A stretch of 61,804 nucleotides of DNA from Patescibacteria group bacterium (GTDB taxonomy: Bacteria; Patescibacteriota; Patescibacteriia; UBA2591; CALHIP01), in the NCBI GenBank assembly GCA_026417895.1, contig JAOACJ010000003.1:1-61804 (forward strand). The letters run 5' to 3'. Position numbers and translations under genes: made by a program. Positions 50,137 to 60,500 of the stretch are shown here, piece after piece. The first letter of the stretch is position 1. Each line of letters begins with the position of its first letter. The notes under the pieces are model-generated. The model saw only the letters and a program-made list of their open reading frames with translations, was not told the DNA's origin and searched no databases.

Positions 50137-51377
50137 TCAAAGTAGGGTGGTATTATTTCTATATTTTTCTAGTCCTTTTTTTAAAATCTTCATTGCTTCT
50201 TTAAGTTTTGAACTTGATAAAACAAAGGCAATGCGAAATTCGTCTCTACCACCCTTTGGCGTGGCATAGAAACCAGTCCCTGGGGCAACTAAAACTGTTT
50301 TTCCTTGATCGGCAAATTTCGTCAACAACCACTCAGCAAAATGATCCGAATCTTTGAGCCATGGAATTTTGACGAATAAATAAAAAGCCCCTTTCGGCTC
50401 AACAGTAATTACCTCGGGAATAGTCCTCATCTCTTGAAAGACTATATCTCTTCTTTTTTTATATTCGAAAATAATTTTTTTAAGATATTTCTGAGAATTC
50501 TCTAAAAGAGGAACAACGGCTAACTGTTCAACCATTGGTAAAGAAAGTCTGGCTTGGGCAAATTTTATCGCCGACTCAATAACTCTTTTATTCTTACTGG
50601 CTAAAACACCAATTCGCGTCCCACAGGCCGAGAATTTTTTGAAACACTGTCTACTAAAATTACCCACTGAGAAATCTCTGGAAAATTCATCATTGAATAA
50701 TGTTTTTCGCCATCATAAACAAACTCACGATAAGTCTCGTCGGTTATAATAAAGAGGTTATATTTTTTAGCAATTTTAGAAATTATGTTCAATTCCTCTT
50801 TCTTATAAACAGTACCGGTCGGATTGTTTGGATTACAAATAATGATACCTTTTGTTTTTCCATTAATTTTTCTTTCAATTTCTTTTCTATCGGGCAAATG
50901 AAAACCATTTTCTGCTAAAGTCTTAATTGGTTTTAACTTAATACCAGTCATTGAGGCATAACCATTATAATTAGTATAGAAAGGTTCAAAAACAATAATT
51001 TCTTCGCCTGGTTGACAAATGGTAGCAAAGGCAAATAGAATGGCTTCACTAGCACCAATCGTCACCACCACCTCTGAAAGGCTAAAATCAATTTTTACCC
51101 CCTTAAAATATTTCTGTCAAGCCCTTTTCACTGCAAGTAAACCATCAGAAGGTGTATAAGCCAAAACTTTTTCTTTGAAGTTTCTAATTCTCGCTAAAAT
51201 TTCTTTTGGCGTTTCTAAGTCCGGTTGACCAATATGAACCTCAAAGACTTTAATACTTTTCTTTTTTATTTTTTCTAAAAGTGGCACAAATTTTCTGATC
51301 GGTGAGAATTGGGTCTCCTTAGCGCGAAACAAGATCTCTCTTCTGACTAAATTTTTATATTTTTCAGGCATATGCAT
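50137..51377 (-). pseudogene. PLP-dependent class I/II aminotransferase, split into three ORFs
   Basis: IGQPD, Y.PS.G, VT.GASEA, EPFY.NY, NPNNPTG, DETYRE, SKKFSACG.RIG, PKGAFY. There is an in-frame TGA at 51119-51117 and a 1-nt deletion in the A6 run (plus-strand T 50635-50640). Confidence 0.9.
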
Positions 51378-51398
51378 TTTTTTGTGAAGAATTGCTGT

Positions 51399-51707
51399 TT
51401 ATATTTTTATTGTTTTTTTTAGCCACTTTAAATAATTTCTTTCAACTTTCTCTAATGACCAAGAAAAAATAGCAGGAATTTGATAAGGATGATTTTTCTT
51501 GATCAATTCTTCAATCTTTCGATAATTTTTCTTTAAAGTTTTTATCATTATCGCCCATTCTTTTGCTTTTTCAATTTTTTGCATCCATAGATATTTTGAA
51601 TCGATTGACCAATAGTTAATACAGACTGCTAATTTTTTCCTTAAAATTTTCTTTATTACTTGTTCGACTGACTTTTTATTAGGAAAGGTGGCGTAGACTA
51701 AAATCAT
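51399..51707 (-). CDS. cutA: CutA divalent-cation tolerance protein
   Basis: KKLAVCIN, SKY.W...IE...E...IKT, HPYQIPAI. Confidence 0.9.
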   Translation of the reverse strand: MILVYATFPNKKSVEQVIKKILRKKLAVCINYWSIDSKYLWMQKIEKAKEWAIMIKTLKKNYRKIEELIKKNHPYQIPAIFSWSLEKVERNYLKWLKKTIKI

Positions 51708-51713
51708 AACTTA

Positions 51714-52190
51714 TCAATTTAATTGTTTTTCATAGCCCACCGGAATAATGGCTAATGGTCTAAATGATTGTTTTAATTGCAAAATTTTGGCAATTTCATT
51801 TTCATCAAAAGCCCCAACCCAACAAGTTCCTAATCCTAAGGCGGTAGCGGCTAAAATTAAATTTTCTGTGGCCGCTGCTGAATCTTGAATGACGTACAGA
51901 TTCCGACCGCGCTCGCCATATCTTGAAGCTGTTTTTTCGACATCAACTGCAACAACAATGACCAACGGTGCTTCAGAAATAAAATACTGACCAAGAGCTG
52001 CTTTAGCAATTTGTTTTTTTGTTTTTTGATCACGAACAACAATAAAATCTGTTGGATAAATTCCACCAGCCGACGGTGCCATTTTTGCCGCTTCAATAAT
52101 TTTTTGAAGATCTTTGTCGGCCACATCTTTTTTAGAATCAAAGGAACGAACTGAATGTCTTTTCTTAATTGTTTGCCAAAAATCTATCAT
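51714..52190 (-). CDS. Nitroreductase family protein
   Basis: IKKRHSVRSF, AA.MAPSAG, D...A.ENL.LAA.ALGLGTCWVG, IIPVGY. Confidence 0.93.
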   Translation of the reverse strand: MIDFWQTIKKRHSVRSFDSKKDVADKDLQKIIEAAKMAPSAGGIYPTDFIVVRDQKTKKQIAKAALGQYFISEAPLVIVVAVDVEKTASRYGERGRNLYVIQDSAAATENLILAATALGLGTCWVGAFDENEIAKILQLKQSFRPLAIIPVGYEKQLN

Positions 52191-52280
52191 AACATTTTTA
52201 AAAATAATTATTTATCATTTCTTGTTCGACTAAATAAAACAATCGTTCAAAATAATAGATGGATATTTTTATATCTTAAC

Positions 52281-53018
52281 TCAATAACCAATAGCAAGTC
52301 GCTCAATTAAAAAACTGTGGAAACCTTTACTCTTCATTGCTTCTTGGGTCCTTTGATAATCATATTCTACCCGATGATATTCTAAAGTCAAAAATTCGTT
52401 GTCAAAAATAATAAAACTGGCTTTTGGATTTTGATCACGTGGCTGGCCAACTGAACCGGGATTAATAATATAACGAGAATTTTTTTCAAATTTTAGAAAC
52501 GTTTTATCCGGCGGAAACCGAAATTGATAAATTTTGTTATCTCTTTTTTCAAAAATCATAGGCAAATGAGAATGGCCAACAAAACAAATCTTTTCTTGAA
52601 AAAAACAGAAATTTTCTTTGGCTTGATAAATTTCCATTAGATATTCCCAGATTGGATCACGAATTGAACCATGGGTTAGAATAATATTTTCTTCTGGTTT
52701 TAAAGTTAAGGGTAGATTTTCTAAAAATTTTTTGTTTTCTTGAGAAATTTCAGAAGTATTAATTTTTATTGCTAAAGCAGCATAAGGATTAAAAAATTCT
52801 ACGCCAATTTTTTTGATAACTGCTAAATCATGATTACCAGCTAAAGAAATTATTTTTTTCTTTCTAATCAATTCAATACATTCATTCGGATTTGGCCCAT
52901 AACCAACAATATCACCTAGGTGCCAAATTTTTTCAATTTTCTTTTTTTCTAATTCAAAGATTACTGCCTTACAAGCTTCTAAATTTGAATGGATATCTGA
53001 TAAAATACCTATTTTCAC
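52281..53018 (-). CDS. Calcineurin-like metallophosphoesterase
   Basis: SDIHSN, LGDIVGYG, GNHD, THGS, GHSH, INPGSVGQPRD; GTG start overlaps the upstream TGA. Confidence 0.93.
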   Translation of the reverse strand: MKIGILSDIHSNLEACKAVIFELEKKKIEKIWHLGDIVGYGPNPNECIELIRKKKIISLAGNHDLAVIKKIGVEFFNPYAALAIKINTSEISQENKKFLENLPLTLKPEENIILTHGSIRDPIWEYLMEIYQAKENFCFFQEKICFVGHSHLPMIFEKRDNKIYQFRFPPDKTFLKFEKNSRYIINPGSVGQPRDQNPKASFIIFDNEFLTLEYHRVEYDYQRTQEAMKSKGFHSFLIERLAIGY

Positions 53019-53569
53019 TCTTTTATTTTGATGGTCGTAAAAATATAAATCTCTGTTTCAGGATCACACCAGGCATCAGCTGGTAGTCCTGCCTTACGGA
53101 GACATAAAACATTTAGAAATTCTTCTAAATTGTAATTAAATTCTTTCGCCACTTCTGGTAAAAAGGTGCCGCCTTGAAAACCGCGTTTGATAATAACACC
53201 ATGCTCACCTAATTTGATCTGAGAGGGATGAGAAATTTTTTTTAGAGGAGAAAGGATGGAAATTTCGATTTTTATTTTTGATAATTCTTCTAAAGTGATG
53301 GGTAAAAAGCGGTTGTCTCCGACAGCCGCCGCCACAGCCATTCTCGCGACTGCTTCCCCTAAAGGATATTGGGGTTCTAAATGACCAATACAACCTCGTA
53401 ATTCTTCATCTTTTTTTAAAGTAACAAAAACGGCTCTTTTTTCTTTCAGTTTTTCAGATCCACTAGTTTGAATTTGAGGTATTTTTCTATATTTCAAATA
53501 AAATTCAATTGAATTTCGCGCTATTTTCAACAATGCTTTTCTTTCTTTTTCTGAAAAATTATTTTCCAT
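53015..53569 (-). CDS. AMMECR1-domain protein (AmmeMemoRadiSam protein A-like)
   Basis: FVTLKK..ELRGCIG, AA..D.RF.P, EISILS, GTFLPEVA, LC.RKAGL..DAW. Confidence 0.92.
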   Translation of the reverse strand: MENNFSEKERKALLKIARNSIEFYLKYRKIPQIQTSGSEKLKEKRAVFVTLKKDEELRGCIGHLEPQYPLGEAVARMAVAAAVGDNRFLPITLEELSKIKIEISILSPLKKISHPSQIKLGEHGVIIKRGFQGGTFLPEVAKEFNYNLEEFLNVLCLRKAGLPADAWCDPETEIYIFTTIKIKE

Positions 53570-53584
53570 TTTTTTAATTATATC

Positions 53585-54481
53585 TTAATCAGCAAAACGA
53601 TAAAGACCATATTTTTTGGCTAAATTAATGGCTGCTTGATATTCCTTTAAAATAATACGACGAGAAAGCTCTGGACATTGAAAAGCCTTATAGCAAGGAT
53701 AATATTGGTCCATAATATTAACAAATGTTTCTTTTGAAATTTCTTCAGCTAAAAATTTCATAATTTTTTCTGTCCCGGCCAAATCATTTGGTAGAATTAA
53801 ATGTCGAACAATCAACCCTTTTTTAGCCACACCATTTTCAGTAATTAAATCTCCCACCTGCCGATGCATTTCTTTGATTGCTTCTTTCATTATTGCAAAA
53901 TAATTTGGAGCTGAAGAATATTTTATTGCTCTTTGATTATCGAAATACTTTGCATCGGGCATATAAATATCAATAATTCCCTCTAAAACTTTTAAAGTTT
54001 CAACCGAATCATAGCCATTTGAGTTATAAACTAAAGGAATTTTTAATTTTTTCTCAATGGCTATTTCTAAGGCTTCTAAAATTTGTGGCACTTGTGGGGT
54101 GGGAGTAACTAAATTGATATTATGACAACCAATTTTTTGTAGATAAATCATTATTTCAGCTAAATTTTTAGCAGAAACCTCCTGACCATAATCTAATTGA
54201 GAAATTTCATAATTTTGACAAAAAATACAAGCCAAATTGCATGAAGTAAAAAAAATTGTCCCCGAGCCATAAACACCAACCAAAAATTTTTCTTCGCCAA
54301 AATGAGGATGAAAGGATGAAACTTTTGCTTTTCGACCTAAGCGACAAAAGCCTTTTTCATTTTTTAATCGATTAATCTTACATTTTCTTGGACAGATTTG
54401 GCAAGGATTTAAAAAAGCAATAGCTCTTTCAACCCTCTTTCTTAACTCTTTCTTCGACAAATTAAGATAAGAAGGAAACAT
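53585..54481 (-). CDS. Radical SAM protein, PflX-like family
   Basis: C.ICPRKC..NR, HFGEE, GSGTIFF, CNLACIFCQN, NINLVTPT, DIYMPDAKY, VRHLILP, NIMDQY.P. Confidence 0.9.
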   Translation of the reverse strand: MFPSYLNLSKKELRKRVERAIAFLNPCQICPRKCKINRLKNEKGFCRLGRKAKVSSFHPHFGEEKFLVGVYGSGTIFFTSCNLACIFCQNYEISQLDYGQEVSAKNLAEIMIYLQKIGCHNINLVTPTPQVPQILEALEIAIEKKLKIPLVYNSNGYDSVETLKVLEGIIDIYMPDAKYFDNQRAIKYSSAPNYFAIMKEAIKEMHRQVGDLITENGVAKKGLIVRHLILPNDLAGTEKIMKFLAEEISKETFVNIMDQYYPCYKAFQCPELSRRIILKEYQAAINLAKKYGLYRFAD

Positions 54482-54492
54482 TGATAAAGATT

Positions 54493-55005
54493 TTAATTTT
54501 TAATTTTTAATTTTCTAAATTTGTTAATTTCGTAGATAGCAATGCCAGTCGCCACTGCTACATTTAAAGATTCTTTCTTGCCATACATTGGCAGATAAAT
54601 AATTTTATCAGCTCTTTTTAATAAACTCTGACAAACGCCCTTGACTTCGTTGCCAACAATTAAAAGTAAAGGAAATTTTGGTCTTAATTTTGTATAGCAA
54701 ATACTTTTTTTGGTTTGTTCTAAAGCAACAATAAAAAAATCTTCCTTTTTTAATTTTTCCACGATTCGCCAACTCTGCCAACAGTGTTCCCAAGGAACTA
54801 TTTTTTCGGCACCTAAAGCTGTCTTGTGTATTTTGATATTTAATTCTCTTTCTCTTTCTTTTCCTGTTTGCCGGCTAGCAAGAGAGGTAATACCGCCAAG
54901 ATAAATTTTATCAATACCAGCTGCTTCAGCAGTCCGAAAAATTGCCCCAACATTAAAAATCGAACGAAGATTATCTAAAAGAAGATAAAATCTTTGGTCG
55001 GCCAT
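54493..55005 (-). CDS. TrmH/SpoU-family RNA 2'-O-methyltransferase
   Basis: LDNLRS.FNVGAIFRTA.A.G, KTALGAE, GNEVKG, LPMYGKKESLNVAVA.GIA.YE. Confidence 0.93.
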   Translation of the reverse strand: MADQRFYLLLDNLRSIFNVGAIFRTAEAAGIDKIYLGGITSLASRQTGKERERELNIKIHKTALGAEKIVPWEHCWQSWRIVEKLKKEDFFIVALEQTKKSICYTKLRPKFPLLLIVGNEVKGVCQSLLKRADKIIYLPMYGKKESLNVAVATGIAIYEINKFRKLKIKN

Positions 55006-56068
55006 AAAGTATCTTCAATGTCTTGGTTTTATCTAAATTGCTTATTTTGGCTCTACAGAGAGCTCTTTCTAAAATAGAAATTGATTGATCATATTGTTTT
55101 TTATTAACCGGATAAGGTGTACCATCTTTACCGCCATGAGCAAATGAATATCGGACCGGGTCATGAAAACTCGGCTTAGCCCCATAGATTAACTCCGAAA
55201 TTAAAGCTAAAGCGCGTAATGTTTTTGGACCAATGCCTTGATAAGAAACCAACTCTTCATAATTTTTTGGTTGTTTTTCGTGAGCAATAAATAAATTTTT
55301 TATCATTCTTTTTTCTCCTTCTGGTTTCAATGGAATCCAGTGATATTTGGGCATATTTAAGACTCTAATTTTTTTAAAATCTTTTAAGAAATTTTGGAAA
55401 GGGGCACGAACAATTTCGGTAGAAATTTTTCTTGTTTTCTCACTCTCCTTAGCTACTAAATTTAGTGGTTTTGTTTTAAAATCGCAACAAACGGCTGAAT
55501 GTGGTTCATTAACAAAATTAAAATTAGATGAATTAAGAGATAGCCAGTGATAGCGTCGAGCCATTTGAATTTCTGGATTCATTCCTTGTTGAATGACGGC
55601 CCAGTCTCCTTGCTTAGTAAAAATGAAAGTATGATGATAAATTTGAAAACCATCTTGTAAGCAAGAATTATCAATTTTGGCTGACATTTTTGAAGCATAA
55701 ATAAGTTTTGGAACAAATTTCAGAGAAAATTTCTCGCCATATTCCTCAATTTCTGATGGCGCTTTTCTTGAAGTTTTTCCCTTACCGCCAACGACAAAAA
55801 GGCCAAAAGATTTTTCTGTCCCTCGTAATGCTTCCTTGATCGCCCCGCAAACAGTTGTACTCAAACCAGAAGAATGCCAATCAAAGCCTAGAAGACAGCC
55901 AAAAGACTGAAACCAATAAGGATCAGCAAGGCGAAATAAAATTTCTTTTTGACCAAATTCTAAAATCATCGCTTCAATGATGGCGCGGGCTAATTTTTTC
56001 ATTCTGGCAAAAAGCCAGCTTGGCATCAAACCCCAATGAAGTGGTAAATTGGCAATTCCTGTTCGCAT
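54971..56068 (-). CDS. DUF763 family protein
   Basis: MRTGIANLPLH.G..P.WL, DP.WFQSFGC.LGFDWHSSG.ST, K.DNS..QDGF..YHH, G.GPKTLRALAL.SE.IYG, YSFAHGGKDG.PYPV. Confidence 0.9.
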   Translation of the reverse strand: MRTGIANLPLHWGLMPSWLFARMKKLARAIIEAMILEFGQKEILFRLADPYWFQSFGCLLGFDWHSSGLSTTVCGAIKEALRGTEKSFGLFVVGGKGKTSRKAPSEIEEYGEKFSLKFVPKLIYASKMSAKIDNSCLQDGFQIYHHTFIFTKQGDWAVIQQGMNPEIQMARRYHWLSLNSSNFNFVNEPHSAVCCDFKTKPLNLVAKESEKTRKISTEIVRAPFQNFLKDFKKIRVLNMPKYHWIPLKPEGEKRMIKNLFIAHEKQPKNYEELVSYQGIGPKTLRALALISELIYGAKPSFHDPVRYSFAHGGKDGTPYPVNKKQYDQSISILERALCRAKISNLDKTKTLKILYGRPKILSSFR

Positions 56069-56083
56069 AGTTATTTTTCAAAA

Positions 56084-57112
56084 CTATTCTTTAAAAATTT
56101 TATTTTCGTTTTGATCAACTTTAATTTTAACACCTAAAAATTTTTCCAGAAGCCAAAGATGAGTCAAAAGATGATTAGTTATTTTTGAAACCGTAAAGGC
56201 AAAAGGTTTTTTAGTTAAGGCCAGGTATAAGACAATCTGATCAGCTAAATAAGGGTCTAAGACTTTGTTTGAGTGAAAATAGGCTAAAAAATCTTTCGCT
56301 GCCTCTTGGCCGACTTTTTCCGCTGGCTTGCCAATTGCGCCTAACGAAGAAAAACCGGCTAGAGTATCTTCGAATTCTGCTTTTAAGAAAATAAACGTGC
56401 CTGGAGATAAGGCTGAAATTTTCTCTGTCTTAATTTTCTTAACGATCGTGATATTTTTTAAGATGCTAAGAACGGCCTCTTTTTGTCGTTCAGCAATAGA
56501 AAAATTTAGATTAGCCACCGTAGAAAGGCCAGAGATTTTTTGAAGTTTTCCTCTGGTTAAAAAATTTTTCTCCTCAATCTTTGCTGTTGGGGAAACAAAT
56601 AGCCTCATTCTTCCTCCGCCCCTTGGATAAAAACCATATTTTTCAAGTTTACTTTCCGCTTTTATACCTAATTTCTCTATCGTAGGTAAAAAAACTTCTG
56701 AAAAATAATGAAAAGGTGGAGCTAAAGGATTATGCGTTCCACCTATTATTAAAACTTCAGAGGGGTGCTTAGAAAAAGCCAATGGTAGCAAAATAGTTTG
56801 GGCAACCAGCGTAGTTGAACCAGCGGTGCCAATATCAAATTCAAATTTGCCAAACTTAATTTTTTTAGGCTCAAATTTTAAAACTTGAGAACCAATTTTT
56901 GCTCCAGAAATTTTTGCTTGAGAAATTTTTTCCGCTGCCCTTACTGCTGCTAAATGTTGTGCTTGTAAACCAGGATTTTTTCTTTTGGCCCGGATATTAA
57001 AAATTTCAACAGCCTGATTGGTTATTATCGAAAGAGATAAACTTGTCCGCAAAATCTGACCACCCCCCTCACCATAACTTCCATCAATTCTTAATATTTT
57101 CCCCCTCATCAT
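56084..57112 (-). CDS. rtcA: RNA 3'-terminal phosphate cyclase
   Basis: IDGS.GEGGGQILRTSL.LS, R..PGL..QH, GTAGS..LV.QT, GGTH.P.AP, GFYP.GGG, LADQ, NHLLT (catalytic His region). Confidence 0.95.
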   Translation of the reverse strand: MMRGKILRIDGSYGEGGGQILRTSLSLSIITNQAVEIFNIRAKRKNPGLQAQHLAAVRAAEKISQAKISGAKIGSQVLKFEPKKIKFGKFEFDIGTAGSTTLVAQTILLPLAFSKHPSEVLIIGGTHNPLAPPFHYFSEVFLPTIEKLGIKAESKLEKYGFYPRGGGRMRLFVSPTAKIEEKNFLTRGKLQKISGLSTVANLNFSIAERQKEAVLSILKNITIVKKIKTEKISALSPGTFIFLKAEFEDTLAGFSSLGAIGKPAEKVGQEAAKDFLAYFHSNKVLDPYLADQIVLYLALTKKPFAFTVSKITNHLLTHLWLLEKFLGVKIKVDQNENKIFKE

Positions 57113-57172
57113 ATTTTAAAAAAGTTAAAAAATTATTCACAAAAAAACGTATATACCTAAAAGTGAATAATT

Positions 57173-57493
57173 TTATTTAATTTCTGTGAGTTGCTTTTTG
57201 ATTTCTTCTTTTATTCTTTTTACCTCTCGTTTGACTGTCTCGGTATTATATTCAGCGGAGTGAGCTGGAGAGCCAACATATGATGGTTTTTTCTGATCTA
57301 AATGTAAATTGAAAATTATTTCTTTTGGTGTCTCTTTTTGAAGGTATAAATGAAATCTTGGATAAGAATAAAGGCCAACTCGATGAACAAAGCTTATTTG
57401 GCCAGTCTTTTTATCTTTAATTTCTCGGTAACCGCAACGTCTGATTAATTTTATTAAATTAAGACCATTTTCTTTTTGAAGAAGAATTTTCAT
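57173..57493 (-). CDS. Conserved hypothetical protein
   Basis: RCGY...SFV.R.G...YPRFHLY...LHLDQKKPSY....H.AEY, a pattern recognised from CPR genomes. Confidence 0.7.
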   Translation of the reverse strand: MKILLQKENGLNLIKLIRRCGYREIKDKKTGQISFVHRVGLYSYPRFHLYLQKETPKEIIFNLHLDQKKPSYVGSPAHSAEYNTETVKREVKRIKEEIKKQLTEIK

Positions 57494-57548
57494 TTTGCTT
57501 TTTTTAAGAGACGTTATTCGTTATTTATTTTTCTTGTTCAATTATTAT

Positions 57549-60500
57549 TTAGATTATTCTCTGCCAGATTTGGTAGAGAATTTGATTTTTGATTTTTTGA
57601 TCTAAGATTGAATCAAGATAATCTTTAATAATTCCATCTATATTGGATTTTGTACGTTCTAAGTCATCAATAATTTTTTCTAAATATTTCTGACTTTTTG
57701 GAATTTTAATTGATTGAGCACCAACCTCAAGCCAAATTTTAAGATAACGAGCCTCGATTTCTGAACGACAGTTAATAAAGTTATTTTTTTTATAATCTAA
57801 CACCCAACCGAGAGTAGATTTACGAATTTTTAATTTATCAATTTTAGAGGGTAATTTTTTAAGAATCAAATCTTTACGGTAAAGAATTTTTTCTTTATAA
57901 AATTTCTTTAAAGTATTTTCACCAATTTTTTCTAAAACAGTATTAATTAATGCCTCAATGTCAATACCAGTTTTTGTTTTTTTCTTTTTATCAACACTCT
58001 TTGCTTTTTCAATTCTTGATTTTACTAAATCAACGACTGCCCGATAAACCTCAAGTTGTTCCTCGTCAGTAAGTCCTAAAATTTCGCCCATAATAATTCT
58101 GTCCAATTCGCGACGATCAGGTTTTATTTTATCTAAAGAAACTGTCTGCGAATTTTCTGTACCTATTTCTTCAAAAATATTACCAATAGTTCTTTTTGAA
58201 ATTATATCGAAACATTTTTCCAATTTTTTAATTATATTACCAGACAATTTTTTTATATTAATAAAAAATAAATTTTTTAAATGATCTACGGTCAATGTGA
58301 CCACTGTTAAAGCGCCTGTTAATTCTTGGCCAGAATTTTCTATTATGAGGCGTTGAAGGGTTGAATTTATAATCGACAAAAAGACTTTTTTATATGAACC
58401 ATCTTTAAGGGTAAGGTAATAAAACATTTTATCGGCGTAAATTTGACTTGGATTAAGAAAACAAGCAAATCTTTCTCCAATATTAACCCACCATAATATT
58501 TCATGTCTTTCATCTGGCAGAGCCCACCACATTTCCCGACCAGCACAGGTTGGTCTTTTATGAAATCCTTTTCGTTCGCCTTCTAAAATATATTTTAAAA
58601 CATTTGTTCCTTTTAATTCTTTTTTATCTTTATGAATCATTAACACTCGATACTTTAAATCTTTTGGTTTGACAATAATTGATTTACATTCTCGCGGGCT
58701 TTTAATGACATAGTTCGGTAGCCAATGACCATTTTCATCTTGATGCATCCAAAATTCTTTTTCAATTTTCCTCCTTTTTATCTCTTCCTCGGTTAAATAG
58801 AAAAATTCGTTAGCACCGGTCTTAATACCAAATCGTACATCAGCAATTTCTTTCAAGGGCACTAATTTATCTTTACCCTTTTCCAAAATTTTAAAGAAAA
58901 TCTCCGGCGCCCGGATGTATTTGCCCCATTTTGAGCCGATATATTTTTGTTTTTCTATATCGAACCCTTCATCCCAAAGCTCTGATTGTCTTTTTGGGTA
59001 AATTCGCAACTCGTCATTCTGATAAAATTCGTTATGGAATTTAATTGTTTTTATCAGTTCATCAATTTTATCTAATCTTTGTTTTTGTTTTTCCCAAATA
59101 TCTTGAGCCGGTGGAATAAAATGGCGCAATGGTTTTAACAAATAGACAAAACGGACGAGATTTTCATCACGTTCTTTTTTGAATTCTAGGCCACTCGCTT
59201 TTTCCAAAATAACAAGACAGGTATTGATATCAGCGTCTTCAAACCATCTTTCAACCTTTGATTCAATAACAGCAATGATTTTATAATTTTTGAGAAAAAA
59301 TTCTTGAAGGCCGGTACCATATTCTACGTCTAACCAGGCATTAGAGACAATAAAACCAAAACGACCGTTATTTTTTAAAAATTTTGTGCCGTGAATAAAG
59401 AAATAAGTATAAATGCCAGCACGTTTAGAAATATTGGCTGTTTTCCGAGGACCATAAGTGAGGGCTTTATTAATTAAACGCTCTTTGTAGGTCTTTTCAC
59501 CGCTTATTTCGGAAATTTCTTCTTGACGAGTATAGGGTGGATTACCAACAATTACCTCAAACCAGCGCGGATGAATAATTTCTAATTCCTTGCCACTCAC
59601 TGTCTTTAACATTATTTTTCTTACATCCTCTGGCAATTGAAATCCTTGATCTTCAAAACTTAAGAGATCAAAAAAATCTTTTTGAATAATGCGAGGATAG
59701 TTTTTGTCAACGCTTAAATCATTAATAGCCAAATTGATGGTGGCTAAATGGGCAGGAAATTTAGCAATATCAATACCCCAGAGATCATTCAATATTTTTT
59801 CATGTGATAATCTTTGATTCATTAATTTTTTGTGTTGATAAGCACGAACCAGAAAAGTCCCAGCACCACAAGCTGGATCTAGAATTTTGTCATCTTCATG
59901 TCGAAGACAAAACTTTAAAATTAAATCTACAATATCGGGATTGGTAAAATACTGACCTAAAGTATGCCGCTCATCTTCTGGAATAAGGCGTTCAAAAACT
60001 CTGCCGACGATATCAAAACCAAGGGTGGAAAAATCATATCTTTTAAGAAGATTGACTAGTTTTTTAATTTCTTCCACTACTTCTTGACTTTCTGGAAAAG
60101 CAAGTTGATCAATAAAATCAGTTGTATAAATTGTCTCATAATCTATCTTAAGAACTTGACCAAAATAGCCCTGAAGAAAACTTTTTAATAAACCTCCCTT
60201 AGTTATATCCTCTGGTATGGATAGAGGATTGAGTTCGTTAGACCGTTTCGATTGTAAAACATTATAGAAAAGAATTTTATTAACTAAAAGATAAGCGGTT
60301 TGACGAGCTGCTTTATCAAAATCGCTATTCTGCCAAGCAAAACTCCAACCTTGGTCGATGAACCATTTTCGTAAATCTTTAATAAATTTACTATCTTTAT
60401 GCGCTTGATCATAAATTATTGCCTGATAGTAATGAGCCAATTTTTTGATTATTTCTTGAAGTCGCCAAATAAGAAACTCATCAATGGCTAATTTTGGCTC

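Noticed and set aside
51117-51119. TGA recoding (genetic code 25/4 or selenocysteine)
   Set aside because: TGA ends intact genes here (16685-16687, 47535-47537, 10400-10402), other long ORFs have no internal TGA, and the position fits Trp rather than a catalytic Cys
53015-54481. Canonical AmmeMemoRadiSam triad
   Set aside because: No Memo-like gene, and the radical SAM has PflX-type rather than AmrS-type motifs
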